From NCBI GenBank assembly GCA_043228905.1, contig JBHGNT010000200.1, forward strand, positions 1 through 53,903: a stretch of 53,903 nucleotides of DNA. The letters are read 5' to 3'. Under the pieces are notes generated by a model. It was not told the DNA's origin and ran no database searches. It saw only the letters and a program-made list of their open reading frames with translations. The DNA is from Azolla caroliniana. Lineage: Eukaryota; Plantae; Polypodiophyta. Position numbers and translations under genes: made by a program. Positions 23,533-35,525 of the stretch are shown here, piece after piece (the stretch's first letter is position 1; every line of letters starts with the position of its first letter).

Positions 23533-24261
23533 TGATAGGGTGTATAAGATAATAGATAGTTATACACTATATGAGGGCTTGACCAAACCGATTAGATGGA
23601 GTTGAAAATCATAATATATTATATAGCTCTAGGTAATTATGATTAGAGAGTATAACTCAAGAAACTAAGAAAAAAGATAGAGAAAGCGAGCAAGAAATAA
23701 GAATGTTCTGATATTCCAACATCAAGAGAATACAAAGGAGACAAACTCCACATTGAACTAAAACCAAAGACCTTCCTCTTCTAAGACACTTCTTCCTAAC
23801 ACTCCTCATCCACTTTTTTGCCTTCGCTCTTCGCCCCCCTCCTCACTAATCTCCTTTCTTCTTTTATAACCTTCCTCTTCTTATCCACGTTCATGCTATT
23901 TTTAGAAGCTTTTTATCTCCCTATTTTTAGCTATGACACATCGACCTTCTAATCGTCATATCTCCCTCATCCGATATCCAAATTAAGCGATTTAAAAAGC
24001 TATAGAAAGCTCTTTTTACAAGCTTTCTAATCCATATTTAAACGTGATATTTGGATAAACAAAGAGGGAGTTATGACCATTCTATTTTTACTGTTTTTTA
24101 TAGTCTGCGTTTTCTCTTTTTACTTTTCTCTTGGTCTCGTACTTTTACTTTTGACTTCTTCCCTAAGGTCTTAGTTCGTGTTCTTATCCTCAAAAGGTGA
24201 ATTATCTATACTTTATATTCTCCTAATGTTCAATGGCTTAGATTCTAAAAACACTTTCACA
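23533..24261 (-). repeat. 3' LTR
   Basis: direct repeat of 29771-30499; preceded on the minus strand by the PPT. Confidence 0.95.
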
Positions 24262-24522
24262 TTTAGCCCTCCTCCTTGTTAGAGGCTAAGCCATTTATGG
24301 CGAAGCACTTATTGGCAGTACTTAACAAACAAAAGCTCTCTCGCCAATCTCTTGGCTATAGACAATGAGAGAGATATAATAAAAAGAAAATAAAAAGATG
24401 TGAGTAAAACCCCCGCTAATCGGTAGGAAAAACCTCACATTCTCTACAAATAAAAAAGATAATTACTATTACCATCTTCCTCTTTGTTAATAGAGAGAAA
24501 GATGGGTCTACAATATGGACTA

Positions 24523-27500
24523 TTAAGAAAATAATGTATGGGGAAACAAGTCCACTTCTTGCTCCCATCCATCCGTATCAACAATATCATTAGTAACTTG
24601 GGGAATATAAGTAGGTCCCCGAGTTACATACTTTTTAAGGCGCCATCCGTTCACTCGATAAGAATGAAGTGCTCCATCCACATCTTTCAATTGGTAACTT
24701 CCGTTGTCATACTTTTTGTGAACCACAAAGGGTCCTTCCCACTTATTATCAAGCTTTTGTCCTTGAATATAATCATATCTATTATCATACCTAAGAACCA
24801 ATGATCCTTCTTCAATGTGGTTGCCCTTGTGTTTTTTGTCATATGCCTCCTTTCTCTTCATTGCTTGATTTAAGTAATGCTCCACAGCTTCTTCTCTTGA
24901 ATATTGTAGTAGATGGTTGCTCGCTAAACGACTCATCACATCATTTCCTTTTGAGCGATGCGATGCCTCCATTAGTCTATTACTTTTGATCTCAAGTTCG
25001 ATCGGAAGTAACGCTTCTTTTCCATAAACCAAATAAAAAGGAGTAAAACCTGTGGAGGATTTATAAGAAACTCTATAAGCCCAAAGAGTATCATCCAAAT
25101 ACCTATCCCATGTTCTTACTTTGTCTTGCACTAACTTTGTCAAATTCTTCACTATAAGCCCATTCACTTTCTCAACTGCACCATTTGCTTGAGGATAATA
25201 AGGCGTTGAATATCGATGCTTAATCTTCAACTTGCTTAATAGACAAGCTAACATTTCACTCCTAAAACCGGGTCCATGATCGGATACAATCTCCATGGGA
25301 ACTCCAAATCTAGTACAAATATTCTTATACACAAATTGGGCTACATCTTTGGCTTTAATCGAGGAAGTTGCTATAGCTTCCACCCACTTTGTCATGTAGT
25401 CAATGGCTACCAAAATAAACTCTTTACCATGTTGAGTTTTCGGAAGAGGTCCTACTGCATCAATTCCCCATTTCTTGAATGGAGCAAACACCACAATGGG
25501 TTGTAAAGGTCCACTTTGTAGATGTCTTATTCCCGCTTTTTGACATGCATCACAAGATCTACACCAATCATGCACATCCCTATGGATAGTAGGCCATGTA
25601 AAACCAATTAGTAAAATCTTTCTTATCATTATATCATGGGCTAAATGCCCACCACAAACTTCTTCATGCAACTTAAAGAGTATCTTTATAATCTCGCTTT
25701 TGTTAGGAACTTTTCGTAAAACTCCATCTTTCCCTTTGTTGTACAAATCTTCACCCACCAAATGATATTGTGAAGCCTTTGCCACCAAACGCTTTCTTTG
25801 CAAAGCATTGAGGTTATTTGGAAACTCTCCTTTATTAAGAAAATTATGTACTTCCTCTAGGGAGTCTACATCTTTGCACGTCTCCAAAACACCAACGAAA
25901 CCTTCCTTGATCTTATCTAATTGGGCTTGAGCTAATGCATCCGCTTCTTTATTGTATAATCTCCCCACATGCTTAACCTGTATCTTTTCAAAAGACCTTA
26001 GTAGACTCATTGCTTCTTTATAAAAATTTCTAAGCCCATCACTTTGACATTTCCAATTGCCTTGAATTTGTTTAATTACCAATAAGGAATCACCCTTAAG
26101 AATTAATCTTTTTATCTTCATAGCTTTACATAGACGAAGACCATAACACAAGGTAGCATACTCCGCTTCATTATTTGAATTCACACCACTTAATGTAATA
26201 CCTTCACTTTTTACTCTGTCTCCTTGAGGATCCTTGAGAATAATCCCACCCACGGCTATGTTTGTGGCTTTGCGAAATGCCCCATCAAAGAATAAGGTGA
26301 ATGCATCCTCCATATCCGGCTCGGGAAGTGCCTTTCGTAGCTTTACCAAGTCTTCTTCATGAAAGGTTTCTCTAAAGGTGAGAAGATCCGCCAATTCGGC
26401 ACGCATAGTTGATTCCAATTTGACTTCAAAATCAAACTCCGCCAATAGTAGAGCCCATTTAGCAATTCGTGCTGAAATGCTCACATGTTGGAGTACATAT
26501 GGGAGTAATGACATGCTAGTGATTATTACAAAATGATGAGGTAGTAGAAAGCTTCTAAACTTTTTACAAGCATATATAAGAGCTAACATCCACTTTTCTA
26601 CTTCTAAGAATTCTTTCTCTACATCAGACATGGCTTTACTAATAAAATATATAGGATGCATAAGTCTATTTTCAGAATCTTGTTGCATAAGAATGGCTCC
26701 TATAGCATGAGATCCAACACTAAGAGAAAGAAAGAAGGTAGATGTTCTATCAGGTGGCTTTAGAATAGGAGCATTACATAATAGTTCTTTTATTCTTACA
26801 TATTGCTCTTCAGTTGTAGATGTCCACAAGAAGTTGTTGGTGCGAAGAATAATGCGAAAAGGATAGAGAATTTGGGCCAACATATGAATGAATCGTTCAA
26901 AGTAACGAACTTTTTGAACAAATACCTCCAAATCTTTGATACTCGTGGGTGTTGTCATCTTTTGAATTGCTTCAATCTTTGAGCTATCAACTTTGATTCC
27001 TTCTTGAGACACCACATGACCAAGCATCACCACCTCCTTTTCACCTATGTGACACTTCTCTGGGTTGAGTTGCATTTTGCATTCCTCCAATCTTTTGAAT
27101 GCCAAGCGAACCTTTTCCAAATGGTCTTTCCTGCTACTATAAATTGCAAAGTCATCCATAAAGACTCTAACAAACTTTCCAAAGAATGGTTGGAATACAT
27201 GAATAGCAAGACGATTAAATGTAAAAACAGCATTTGTGAGTCCAAAGGGCATGCATCGATATGCAAAGCATCCCCATGGAGTGATGAATGTCGTCTTCTT
27301 TTGATCCTCTTCCGCAATACGAATTTGAAAATAACCTGAATAGCCATCACAAACAGAGTACATTTCATGACCCGCAATTTCATCTAATATTTCATCTTGG
27401 AAAGGGAGAGGAAAGTGATCCCTCTTGGTAGCCGCATTTAGAGGTTTGTAATCAACACAAACCCTCCATTTTCCATTCTTTTTAGGTACCACCACAATGG

Positions 27501-29682
27501 GCGAAACCCATTCAGAATCTTCCACTGGGTAAATGAATTGTGCACGCAACAAAGCTTTGACTTCCTTTAATAAGGCCTCCTTTTGCACGTGACCTAGCCT
27601 TCGCAACTTTTGCGCAACGGGAGTTGTACCCTCCTTTAGATTTATGTGATGTTGGATGACATCTACACCCCTAATATGAGCATAATCACTAATGAAAAGG
27701 TTAGGAAATTCAGAAATCAAATTAATAAATTGTTGCCTCTCTTGCCCTTTAAGATCTTTAGAAATCATCTTCTCTTTTTGCTCCATAGTAATTAAACCTC
27801 TTTCATCATCTTCTTCCTTCAAAACGGCATATGATGTGGTCATTTCCCATTCTGACGAGGAATCTTCACTTTCATCACTTTCATATGCGGACCCACTATC
27901 ATATTCAGTTATTCCATCTTCTTCTTTCTCAATAAGTCTTTGTTGCCGCATATCATAATGTATGCTCACTCCTTTTGATGGCGTTATGGTCATCAAACCT
28001 TTGCTCCAATCTTGGACAACATTGAGTTCTTGCATCCATGGTCGTCCTAGTACCAAAGAATATGACGGTCCTTTTAGTGGTATTACATGAAAATCCATGG
28101 AAATGCTTACCCCAAAACACTTGATGACAACATCCTCCACTATGCCAATGCAATGGACCACTCCACCATCGGCTACAGCCACTCTTGCCGAAGATGACCT
28201 ACTTATAGGAATTCCCACTTTGTTTACCACAAATTCAGAAATCAAGCTTACTCTAGCACCACTATCAACCAACGCATCTTTGATGTGAAACCCTTTGATG
28301 GAGACGGGGATGGTGGGTCGTATGTCCTTTCGATCTTCTACTCGCACGATTCCCACATAATGCACAGTCTTCCGACTTTGGCGAATACTTGCAAGTCGCC
28401 CCCACTCCTTTCGTAATGTGGGAGATAATTGGAGAAGTTGCGGCCATGTTATCCTTGGTCCACTTGAAATCAACTCATGCTTCAAATTGAAAGCTTCTAC
28501 ACCTTCACCCATAGGAATGTCCTCCATCTTGATCTTTCTTTTAGAGTGTCTCCTTCTCAATTTTTCCTCTTTCTCATTCTCCTTAGACTTCTTCTTTTGT
28601 CTTGAGGCACTAGATTCTCCTTCAACTTCTTTCTCCTTTTGCGAGGACCTTGTCCTTTTCACAGGAGCTACTTCAAAAGAATTATCACTATCATCAATAA
28701 AATTAAGAAGATTCACATTATGAGGAATTGTAGGAACCTGAGCCATAGGGAGTGTTACGTTTCCTTCGACTTCATTGTTGTTAGGTCGTTGTCCATTCCT
28801 TTGCACTTGATAAATGCCTCTTCCCATGCCTCTTTGTTGTCGATGAGGACATCTTGTTGAGATGTGTCCCTCCTCTTGACAAGAATAACAAATTACACCG
28901 TGATGCCCTCTAGAGCCACCACCATCGGGAATAGTGTTGTGAATTGCTTGGGATTGTCGCAAGTGGGTCATCACTTCATCAAAGCGCCGATTTACCAATG
29001 CCATGGTATCTTGTTCACTCCTCACTTGTTCAACTTCTTGGGATATACTTGTTGGGTTTATTGTTGTGGTGGTATACACATTTGGAAACACTTGTCCCCC
29101 ATGCACAATTGAAGATGAGGCTTGAAAGTTGGCACGAGGCATCAAATTTGCACCCAAAGCCGTCATTTGGGGATCCCCCAAGGAGCTCATCATCTTCACT
29201 TGTCGATCATAAGCTTGACAAACTTGGATAAGAGCTTGAAACGATGTGGGATCCTTCAAGTTTGCTTCCAAACGGAAATACATATCAAGACCCATCTTGA
29301 ATCGTTCCATTTTAAACCACTCGTCTTCAGTGCCGCCACGAAGACGAATCCATGTAGTCCACAAATCCTTGAAATTTCTTTCATACTCAGTGAAACCAAT
29401 TGGTGATTCCATCTTTAGTCGAAATAGCTCTTCCCTTACTTCGGTTGCACTTCGTCGTTGAATATATTTGGCGCGAAACTGGTGCACCAACAATTGATAT
29501 GCTCCCTGTTGGTTTGGAGGAAGAGAGTCATACCAATCTCGAGCTCGACCATAGAATGTAGCTACCAATAAAGGTAACTTCTCATTGTCGGTGATGCGTC
29601 CAATAGAGACAGCATGATGCTCAAAAGATGCCAAAAAGGCACCCGCATCTTGTGTTCTTTCACCTGAAAATGCAAATTGCAT
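24523..29682 (-). CDS. gag-pol polyprotein (GAG-CCHC-PR-RT-degenerate RH-aRH-IN), ~1719 aa
   Basis: CYSCQEEGHISTRC; ALVDSGA; VFMDD; aRH TLFFDGA..SNNEAEY..GDSLLV..NKEADALA; IN HEEVCGGH..CRSCDAC, WGIDAVG, VSDHG, GAVEKVN; first ATG after the PBS at 29682. Confidence 0.95.
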   Translation of the reverse strand: MQFAFSGERTQDAGAFLASFEHHAVSIGRITDNEKLPLLVATFYGRARDWYDSLPPNQQGAYQLLVHQFRAKYIQRRSATEVREELFRLKMESPIGFTEYERNFKDLWTTWIRLRGGTEDEWFKMERFKMGLDMYFRLEANLKDPTSFQALIQVCQAYDRQVKMMSSLGDPQMTALGANLMPRANFQASSSIVHGGQVFPNVYTTTTINPTSISQEVEQVRSEQDTMALVNRRFDEVMTHLRQSQAIHNTIPDGGGSRGHHGVICYSCQEEGHISTRCPHRQQRGMGRGIYQVQRNGQRPNNNEVEGNVTLPMAQVPTIPHNVNLLNFIDDSDNSFEVAPVKRTRSSQKEKEVEGESSASRQKKKSKENEKEEKLRRRHSKRKIKMEDIPMGEGVEAFNLKHELISSGPRITWPQLLQLSPTLRKEWGRLASIRQSRKTVHYVGIVRVEDRKDIRPTIPVSIKGFHIKDALVDSGARVSLISEFVVNKVGIPISRSSSARVAVADGGVVHCIGIVEDVVIKCFGVSISMDFHVIPLKGPSYSLVLGRPWMQELNVVQDWSKGLMTITPSKGVSIHYDMRQQRLIEKEEDGITEYDSGSAYESDESEDSSSEWEMTTSYAVLKEEDDERGLITMEQKEKMISKDLKGQERQQFINLISEFPNLFISDYAHIRGVDVIQHHINLKEGTTPVAQKLRRLGHVQKEALLKEVKALLRAQFIYPVEDSEWVSPIVVVPKKNGKWRVCVDYKPLNAATKRDHFPLPFQDEILDEIAGHEMYSVCDGYSGYFQIRIAEEDQKKTTFITPWGCFAYRCMPFGLTNAVFTFNRLAIHVFQPFFGKFVRVFMDDFAIYSSRKDHLEKVRLAFKRLEECKMQLNPEKCHIGEKEVVMLGHVVSQEGIKVDSSKIEAIQKMTTPTSIKDLEVFVQKVRYFERFIHMLAQILYPFRIILRTNNFLWTSTTEEQYVRIKELLCNAPILKPPDRTSTFFLSLSVGSHAIGAILMQQDSENRLMHPIYFISKAMSDVEKEFLEVEKWMLALIYACKKFRSFLLPHHFVIITSMSLLPYVLQHVSISARIAKWALLLAEFDFEVKLESTMRAELADLLTFRETFHEEDLVKLRKALPEPDMEDAFTLFFDGAFRKATNIAVGGIILKDPQGDRVKSEGITLSGVNSNNEAEYATLCYGLRLCKAMKIKRLILKGDSLLVIKQIQGNWKCQSDGLRNFYKEAMSLLRSFEKIQVKHVGRLYNKEADALAQAQLDKIKEGFVGVLETCKDVDSLEEVHNFLNKGEFPNNLNALQRKRLVAKASQYHLVGEDLYNKGKDGVLRKVPNKSEIIKILFKLHEEVCGGHLAHDIMIRKILLIGFTWPTIHRDVHDWCRSCDACQKAGIRHLQSGPLQPIVVFAPFKKWGIDAVGPLPKTQHGKEFILVAIDYMTKWVEAIATSSIKAKDVAQFVYKNICTRFGVPMEIVSDHGPGFRSEMLACLLSKLKIKHRYSTPYYPQANGAVEKVNGLIVKNLTKLVQDKVRTWDRYLDDTLWAYRVSYKSSTGFTPFYLVYGKEALLPIELEIKSNRLMEASHRSKGNDVMSRLASNHLLQYSREEAVEHYLNQAMKRKEAYDKKHKGNHIEEGSLVLRYDNRYDYIQGQKLDNKWEGPFVVHKKYDNGSYQLKDVDGALHSYRVNGWRLKKYVTRGPTYIPQVTNDIVDTDGWEQEVDLFPHTLFS

Positions 29683-29750
29683 AGCTAAGTTAATGTAATA
29701 TAGTAACACAATTAAATGATAAGTTCTCCCTCCTATACGGAAAGGATCCA

Positions 29751-29767
29751 CCCTCCCTGGAGCGCCA
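29751..29767 (-). promoter_or_regulatory. primer-binding site TGGCGCTCCAGGGAGGG (probably tRNA-Asn type)
   Basis: 3 nt after the 5' LTR; the implied tRNA end CCCTCCCTGGAGCG-CCA resembles plant tRNA-Asn (identity inferred). Confidence 0.6.
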
Positions 29768-29770
29768 AAA

Positions 29771-30499
29771 TGATAGGGTGTATAAGATAATAGATAGTTA
29801 TACACTATATGAGGGCTTGACCAAACCGATTAGATGGAGTTGAAAATCATAATATATTATATAGCTCTAGGTAATTATGATTAGAGAGTATAACTCAAGA
29901 AACTAAGAAAAAAGATAGAGAAAGCGAGCAAGAAATAAGAATGTTCTGATATTCCAACATCAAGAGAATACAAAGGAGACAAACTCCACATTGAACTAAA
30001 ACCAAAGACCTTCCTCTTCTAAGACACTTCTTCCTAACACTCCTCATCCACTTTTTTGCCTTCGCTCTTCGCCCCCCTCCTCACTAATCTCCTTTCTTCT
30101 TTTATAACCTTCCTCTTCTTATCCACGTTCATGCTATTTTTAGAAGCTTTTTATCTCCCTATTTTTAGCTATGACACATCGACCTTCTAATCGTCATATC
30201 TCCCTCATCCGATATCCAAATTAAGCGATTTAAAAAGCTATAGAAAGCTCTTTTTACAAGCTTTCTAATCCATATTTAAACGTGATATTTGGATAAACAA
30301 CGAGGGAGTTATGACCATTCTATTTTTACTGTTTTTTATAGTCTGCGTTTTCTCTTTTTACTTTTCTCTTGGTCTCGTACTTTTACTTTTGACTTCTTCC
30401 CTAAGGTCTTAGTTCGTGTTCTTATCCTCAAAAGGTGAATTATCTATACTTTATATTCTCCTAATGTTCAATGGCTTAGATTCTAAAAACACTTTCACA
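29771..30499 (-). repeat. 5' LTR
   Basis: direct repeat of 23533-24261. Confidence 0.95.
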
Positions 30500-30626
30500 C
30501 ATATGTCAAGCTCGAACCTACTAGGAGGAACCCATTTCATTTCTTGTCAAAGGCCTTAACAACTCGGCCTAATTATCCTATGTAGCTATCTAGCATAACA
30601 TATTTAAGTATTGGTTGTAATTAAAT

Positions 30627-32900
30627 GAGTAGTGCCATCATCGCGTCTCTCTAATCCAGCATTAATTCGTTTGCAAAGGAGAGGAAATGGGGTTTTGACG
30701 CCGTACCCACGTTTACTTCTTCCAAGGCGGAGGCGGTGACTCGTCGTGAAATTTATGTTTACCTCTGGAACGCTGCCCGTGCTCTGCTTAGTCCTAATAT
30801 TGACTCCGTGTTTGGGTCGTAAGCCTCGTCGTGGAGTGTAGGGGGCATGGCATATTCCGTCGTGTTTTCGATACCGTCGATTTCGAACATCGGAATAATC
30901 CGAGGGTGCTCGTCTAGGTATACCTCTAATTCGGTATCGTCCACCCTAGCCAGCATATTTATATCCTCTACGTACAATGGTGTTATGCCCTTGGGTTGTG
31001 TCGCCATTTCCTCTGTTGGTACGCGGACCTTGGTCCGCCCGCGTCGAAAGCTGATAAACTTGTGTTGCTAGCTCTGCTTGATTTTCGCAGAATAAAGCCA
31101 CAATCTGCCCAGACAGTATCGCATACGCCCCTGGGGTGTGAAGGGCGAGGACTACTGCCGAGATGTCGAAGCGATCTCCTCCCACGATAATGCCTACCTT
31201 GCGTATCAACCCCAATGGTCGTACTAAGCAAGTATCCGCCATGCGAAGCCAAAACTAGCAAGCTTCCCATTCTGAAATTCCCAATTGTTCACATGTCTTC
31301 ACGCTAATTACATTAACGCCCGAGCCGCCATCGATTACGCATCCTAGCATTTCCTGATTGTGTAGTATCAACTTAATAGCTGGGTTGTGGTGATCCACCA
31401 ACGTTGGTTCGTCGCTAAAGTCCGTAAAATTCGCGGCAACGCCCCAGGTCTGCCCATTATCCGCTCTTCCACGACCTGGTGGAATTGTGGGACTAGTTGC
31501 AACAACTTGTCCATGGTTAACGTTATCTCTGAGCTTGTTAGTGCTTGCAATATGGGGTCTGGAGATGGTCCCTTTTCCTCCAATAGCTCCACCATGTTTG
31601 CGGACTCCTTCCGCATGCGGTTCGTATTTGCCGTGTTTGCTTTTTCAACCCATTCTTGGGCTGTCCGCCGTATCTCATCTTGCGCGTCCCAATCAACATT
31701 TTTTGTTTGCTGACGTGTCGTGACTTGTTGTACTTCCGCCGTAATCATATTGACGGCGGGCCGCTTGCCCTTACGTACTGGGCATTATGTGGCATAATGT
31801 CCGGGCTGTTGACAAACAAAACAATGGATGCTAGGTTCGCCCTTCTCGACCCCTGGTGGTGTGTGCCGATCCGTAGGTGTGACTTACTCTTCCCGGTCCT
31901 GATTCGTTCGTCGAAGCGTACGCGGTGGTTGATGTTGGTGTCGGTGTGGTTCCTGGTGCCGGACGGTAATTCTCATAGCGTTGGCCCCCTTATGTATTTC
32001 TAGGGTTGCCACGGTAGTCTTCATCCTCCGGCTCGTTTTCCTCGGAATCATTGTGATTTCGGCGATTCCGGCAGTGTCGGTCATCGCGTGGGTTTCGATC
32101 CATATACCGTGCCATCACGTACTGTGGGCGTGGCTTTGTTCAACATATTGTACTCGCACTGCTCAACTGTGTGAGCTTTCGAGTGACAGATTGGACAGTG
32201 GATTCGCATGTTGCATTCAACGGCGGAATGCCCTTAATTCTAGCAAATCGTGCACTGGATCGCTTGGCGAAAATGTCATTCCTCGTCCTGAGCTAATGCT
32301 TGTCGCTAAAGCGCTCTTTCTATGACCATATTGGTTGTTTCCCCTTTCACACTATTGTTGTTGAGTGTTGTCCGTATGGGTCGGCGTAATGTTGCCAAAA
32401 ATGTCTCCCTCGCCTCGTCCTCCCTTGGGCCCCGTTCTAATTTCCGGCGTAGATTTTGGAAGTGTAAACTGAAATCCGCTACCATCTCAGTCGGCAACTA
32501 TTTAATTGTGTAAAATTGCCCGAGGATTTCGCGTTGCGTCACCCTCCGATGAAAAAACCGTAGAAAGGCTAAGTACAGCTGGTCGAAGGTCGTGATTGCT
32601 GGCAAATGCTTCTGTGAATGCCAAAACGCCACTCTCCCATCTCAGGTTAATCTGAACTCCGTCATTTTGGACTGATGCGCTACTGCTTTGGAAAGGCTCT
32701 CCGCCATGTGGTTTGCATTTTAGACATTGAGGAGCAGTCAGATGTGGGTTGCAACGTCGGTTTCGCCGTTGAAGCAGGGATAAGCAAAGGCCATGTTGGG
32801 TGCTACGGCGGGCAGGGAAAGGCCACAATGCTTTTGTGGTGAGCGCGCTTCATGCGTATCGCCGAGGTATTTGGAGAGCGTGAAATCATCTTTGTGGTCC
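30627..32900 (-). mobile_element. second, deleted copy of the degenerate gypsy gag-PR region
   Basis: collinear with ~12075-14540 with internal deletions; both ends fused to array sequence. Confidence 0.85.
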
Positions 32901-34719
32901 CACATTTGATTTCAAGTCAAACGCCTAAACCACTTGGCCAAATTACCATATTTTGTTGGCTTCTATGAGATAGTACAAGTATTAATATTTTGGTCAATCC
33001 GTCTAATGATTTTCCTAGTTGGCGTTATGTTAATGCAAAAATATTCGGTTATATGGAGTCGAGCTAATATTGACACATTTGACTTAAGCGGTCAAATATT
33101 CATGATAGATTTCGCCTCTCTGAATTGTGATATGTATTGGTTTGCCACACAATGACTTGATGTAAATCAACGACGGCAACATCAAAGATTCTAAAACAAA
33201 GTCTAAAAATATAGGATTCCAAGCTCCAAGAAGCAAACATTTGATTTTGAGTCAACCACCATAAGCAATCAGGAAAATTGTTTCTAGTTTTCATGAATCG
33301 ATTTGACTATTGTCCGCAATAAAATGTTGGAAATATTATCTATAGTGGCTTGATAATAAGCAAACCAAAAACGCATGAAGGAGTAGTTATTCTTAAGGGA
33401 AAAGAATGTGAACAACTACAAGATTCAAACCTACGAGGCCGAACCCATTTGATTTCAAGTCAAACACCTTAACCACTCAACCAAGTTGTCCTTTTTTGCA
33501 ATTAATGATAGTTACATATTTTAGTATTATTTAGTATTATTTGTAAGTAAATGTTGCAAATTGCCGTGTTTAGTTGGCATCTACTATCTATGGTTGAAAA
33601 TAAGTGGAAGAAAAACGTTAGAAAGAGTAGTTATTCTTAAGGTAATGCTACTATTTATGTGTTCACTACTAGTTTATTGCAATTACGTTTCATTAGGTTA
33701 GGCCGTTTTTAAGATAGTTAGGGAAGCCAATGTTCACAAATGTGTTTTATACAATTTAGTTTACTCTATATGTTGACCAATTCTTCCTAAGATGGGATAT
33801 TTATTTTTCAGTTTATGTCAAGCTCAAACCTACGAGTGGGAACCCATTTTATATCTACTCAAACTCCTTAACAACTCGGCCTAATTATCCTATGTAGCCA
33901 TCTACGATAACAGATTTTAGTATTGGTTGTAATTAAATGTTGAAAGTATTTACTACGTAAGCATGCTAATATGGTAGGAAATTGGAAAATAATGAGTCTT
34001 TATTCTTTGGGTAGCGATACGATTTAAGTGTTCACAAGTATGTTAGTGCACATACATTTGATTCCTATTGGGATATTTAATGTTTAAAGCACAAAAGCGC
34101 AATGTTTGTAAATAGTTTCCAAAACATAGTAAAAGAATCTCAACAACTTCAGGATTCGAAACTATGAGGGCGAACCCATTTGATTTCAAGTAAAACGCCT
34201 TAACCACTCGGTCAATTTGCCATATTTGGTTCACTTCTACCATGAAATAGTACAATTATTAATATTTTGGGCAATCCGTGTAATGATTATCTTAGTTGGT
34301 GTTATGTTAATGCAAAAATATTCGGTTATATTAGGAAATTTCAAAATATGGAGTCGGGCTAATATTGAAACATTTGGCTTAAGCGGTCAAATATTCATGA
34401 TAGATGTCGCCTCACTAAATTTTGATATGTATTGGTTTGCGACACAATGGCTCGATGTAAATCAACGACGGCAACATCAAATATTCTAAAAGAAAGTCTA
34501 CAAATGTAGGATTTCAAGCTATGGGAAGCAAACATTTGATGTTGAGTCAACCACCATAAGCAGTCGGGAAAATGGTTTCTAGTTCTGATGAATCGATTTG
34601 AGTATTGTCCGCACTAAAATGTTGGAGATATTATCTATCTAAGTTTCATAATAAGAAAACCAAAAACGCATAAAGGAGTAGTTATTCTTAAGGGAAAAGA
34701 ATGTCGACAATTGGAGGAC
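32901..34719 (-). repeat. tRNA-Ser-derived array, block 4
   Basis: units at 32901 (partial), 33410-33490, ~33821, 34141-34221, interrupted unit 34705-34719. Confidence 0.88.
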
Positions 34720-35525
34720 TATCGGGACTCGTGAGTAGGAGAGAGAGAGAGAGAGTGATAAGACTTGAAATGGAAATGAGATTATATTATGAGGAAACAA
34801 GCTTACAAAGAGTAGGCCAAGGGCTAATCCGTAATAAGGTCCAATGAAATAGATTTCCATGGACTCTTAGGAATAGGCACTGGCTGTAATGACCCATATG
34901 GATGATGTCAAGTTTTTTTGGGATCGGCAACATGTATCACAATTACGAACATAATCCGTAACAAAATGGCGAAGTCGAGGCCACCAATACCTTCGAGAAA
35001 TTAACGTCAAAGTCTTGTGGATACCGAAATGTCTAGCCATTGGTGCGTCATGACATTGTTGCAAGTCTTGGAGTCGAGAAGGACCATCAAGCACATATAA
35101 GAGATTTTGTCGAAAAAGTAATCCATCATGCTACTTGAACTGGTTGTAGTCTGGACGAGGATTTATGAGATTGTGAACAAGAAGCACGAGCTAGGATAAT
35201 ATGGTTAAGAATGTCTTGGGCGAATTCATCAGTCGCAATATGCTCCCGAATGGAGTTCAAAAGACTTGAATCCCTGGGTGTGTCTATAACATGAAATGTC
35301 ATTAGTCGTAGACGGTCAAGACCCAAGAGGATTTGTTTCTGACTTTCAAATGTGGCCTCTCCTGGTTGAAGTTCCATTTATGAACGTCGAGATAAAGCAT
35401 CTGGTTTTCCTTGTTGCGTCCCAGGGCGATATTCCCTATTTTTTGCAAACATTGGGAACCATCCTCGTTCGACTATGCTTTAACATCCCGAACTCCCGAC
35501 GAACTCGACTGTTGAAGATCGGCTT

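Larger units (their letters stand above)
23533..30499 (-). mobile_element. intact full-length Tat-like Ty3/gypsy LTR retrotransposon (6967 bp) with additional RNase H
   Basis: 729-bp LTRs 23533-24261 and 29771-30499 (one mismatch seen), TG..CA ends, TSD CATAT both sides, PBS, PPT AAGGAGGAGGG, uninterrupted gag-pol ORF. Confidence 0.97.

Noticed and set aside
29683-29805. N-terminal 41 aa of the 1760-aa ORF call
   Set aside because: Starts at a non-ATG codon inside the LTR and crosses the PBS; the likely start is ATG 29682
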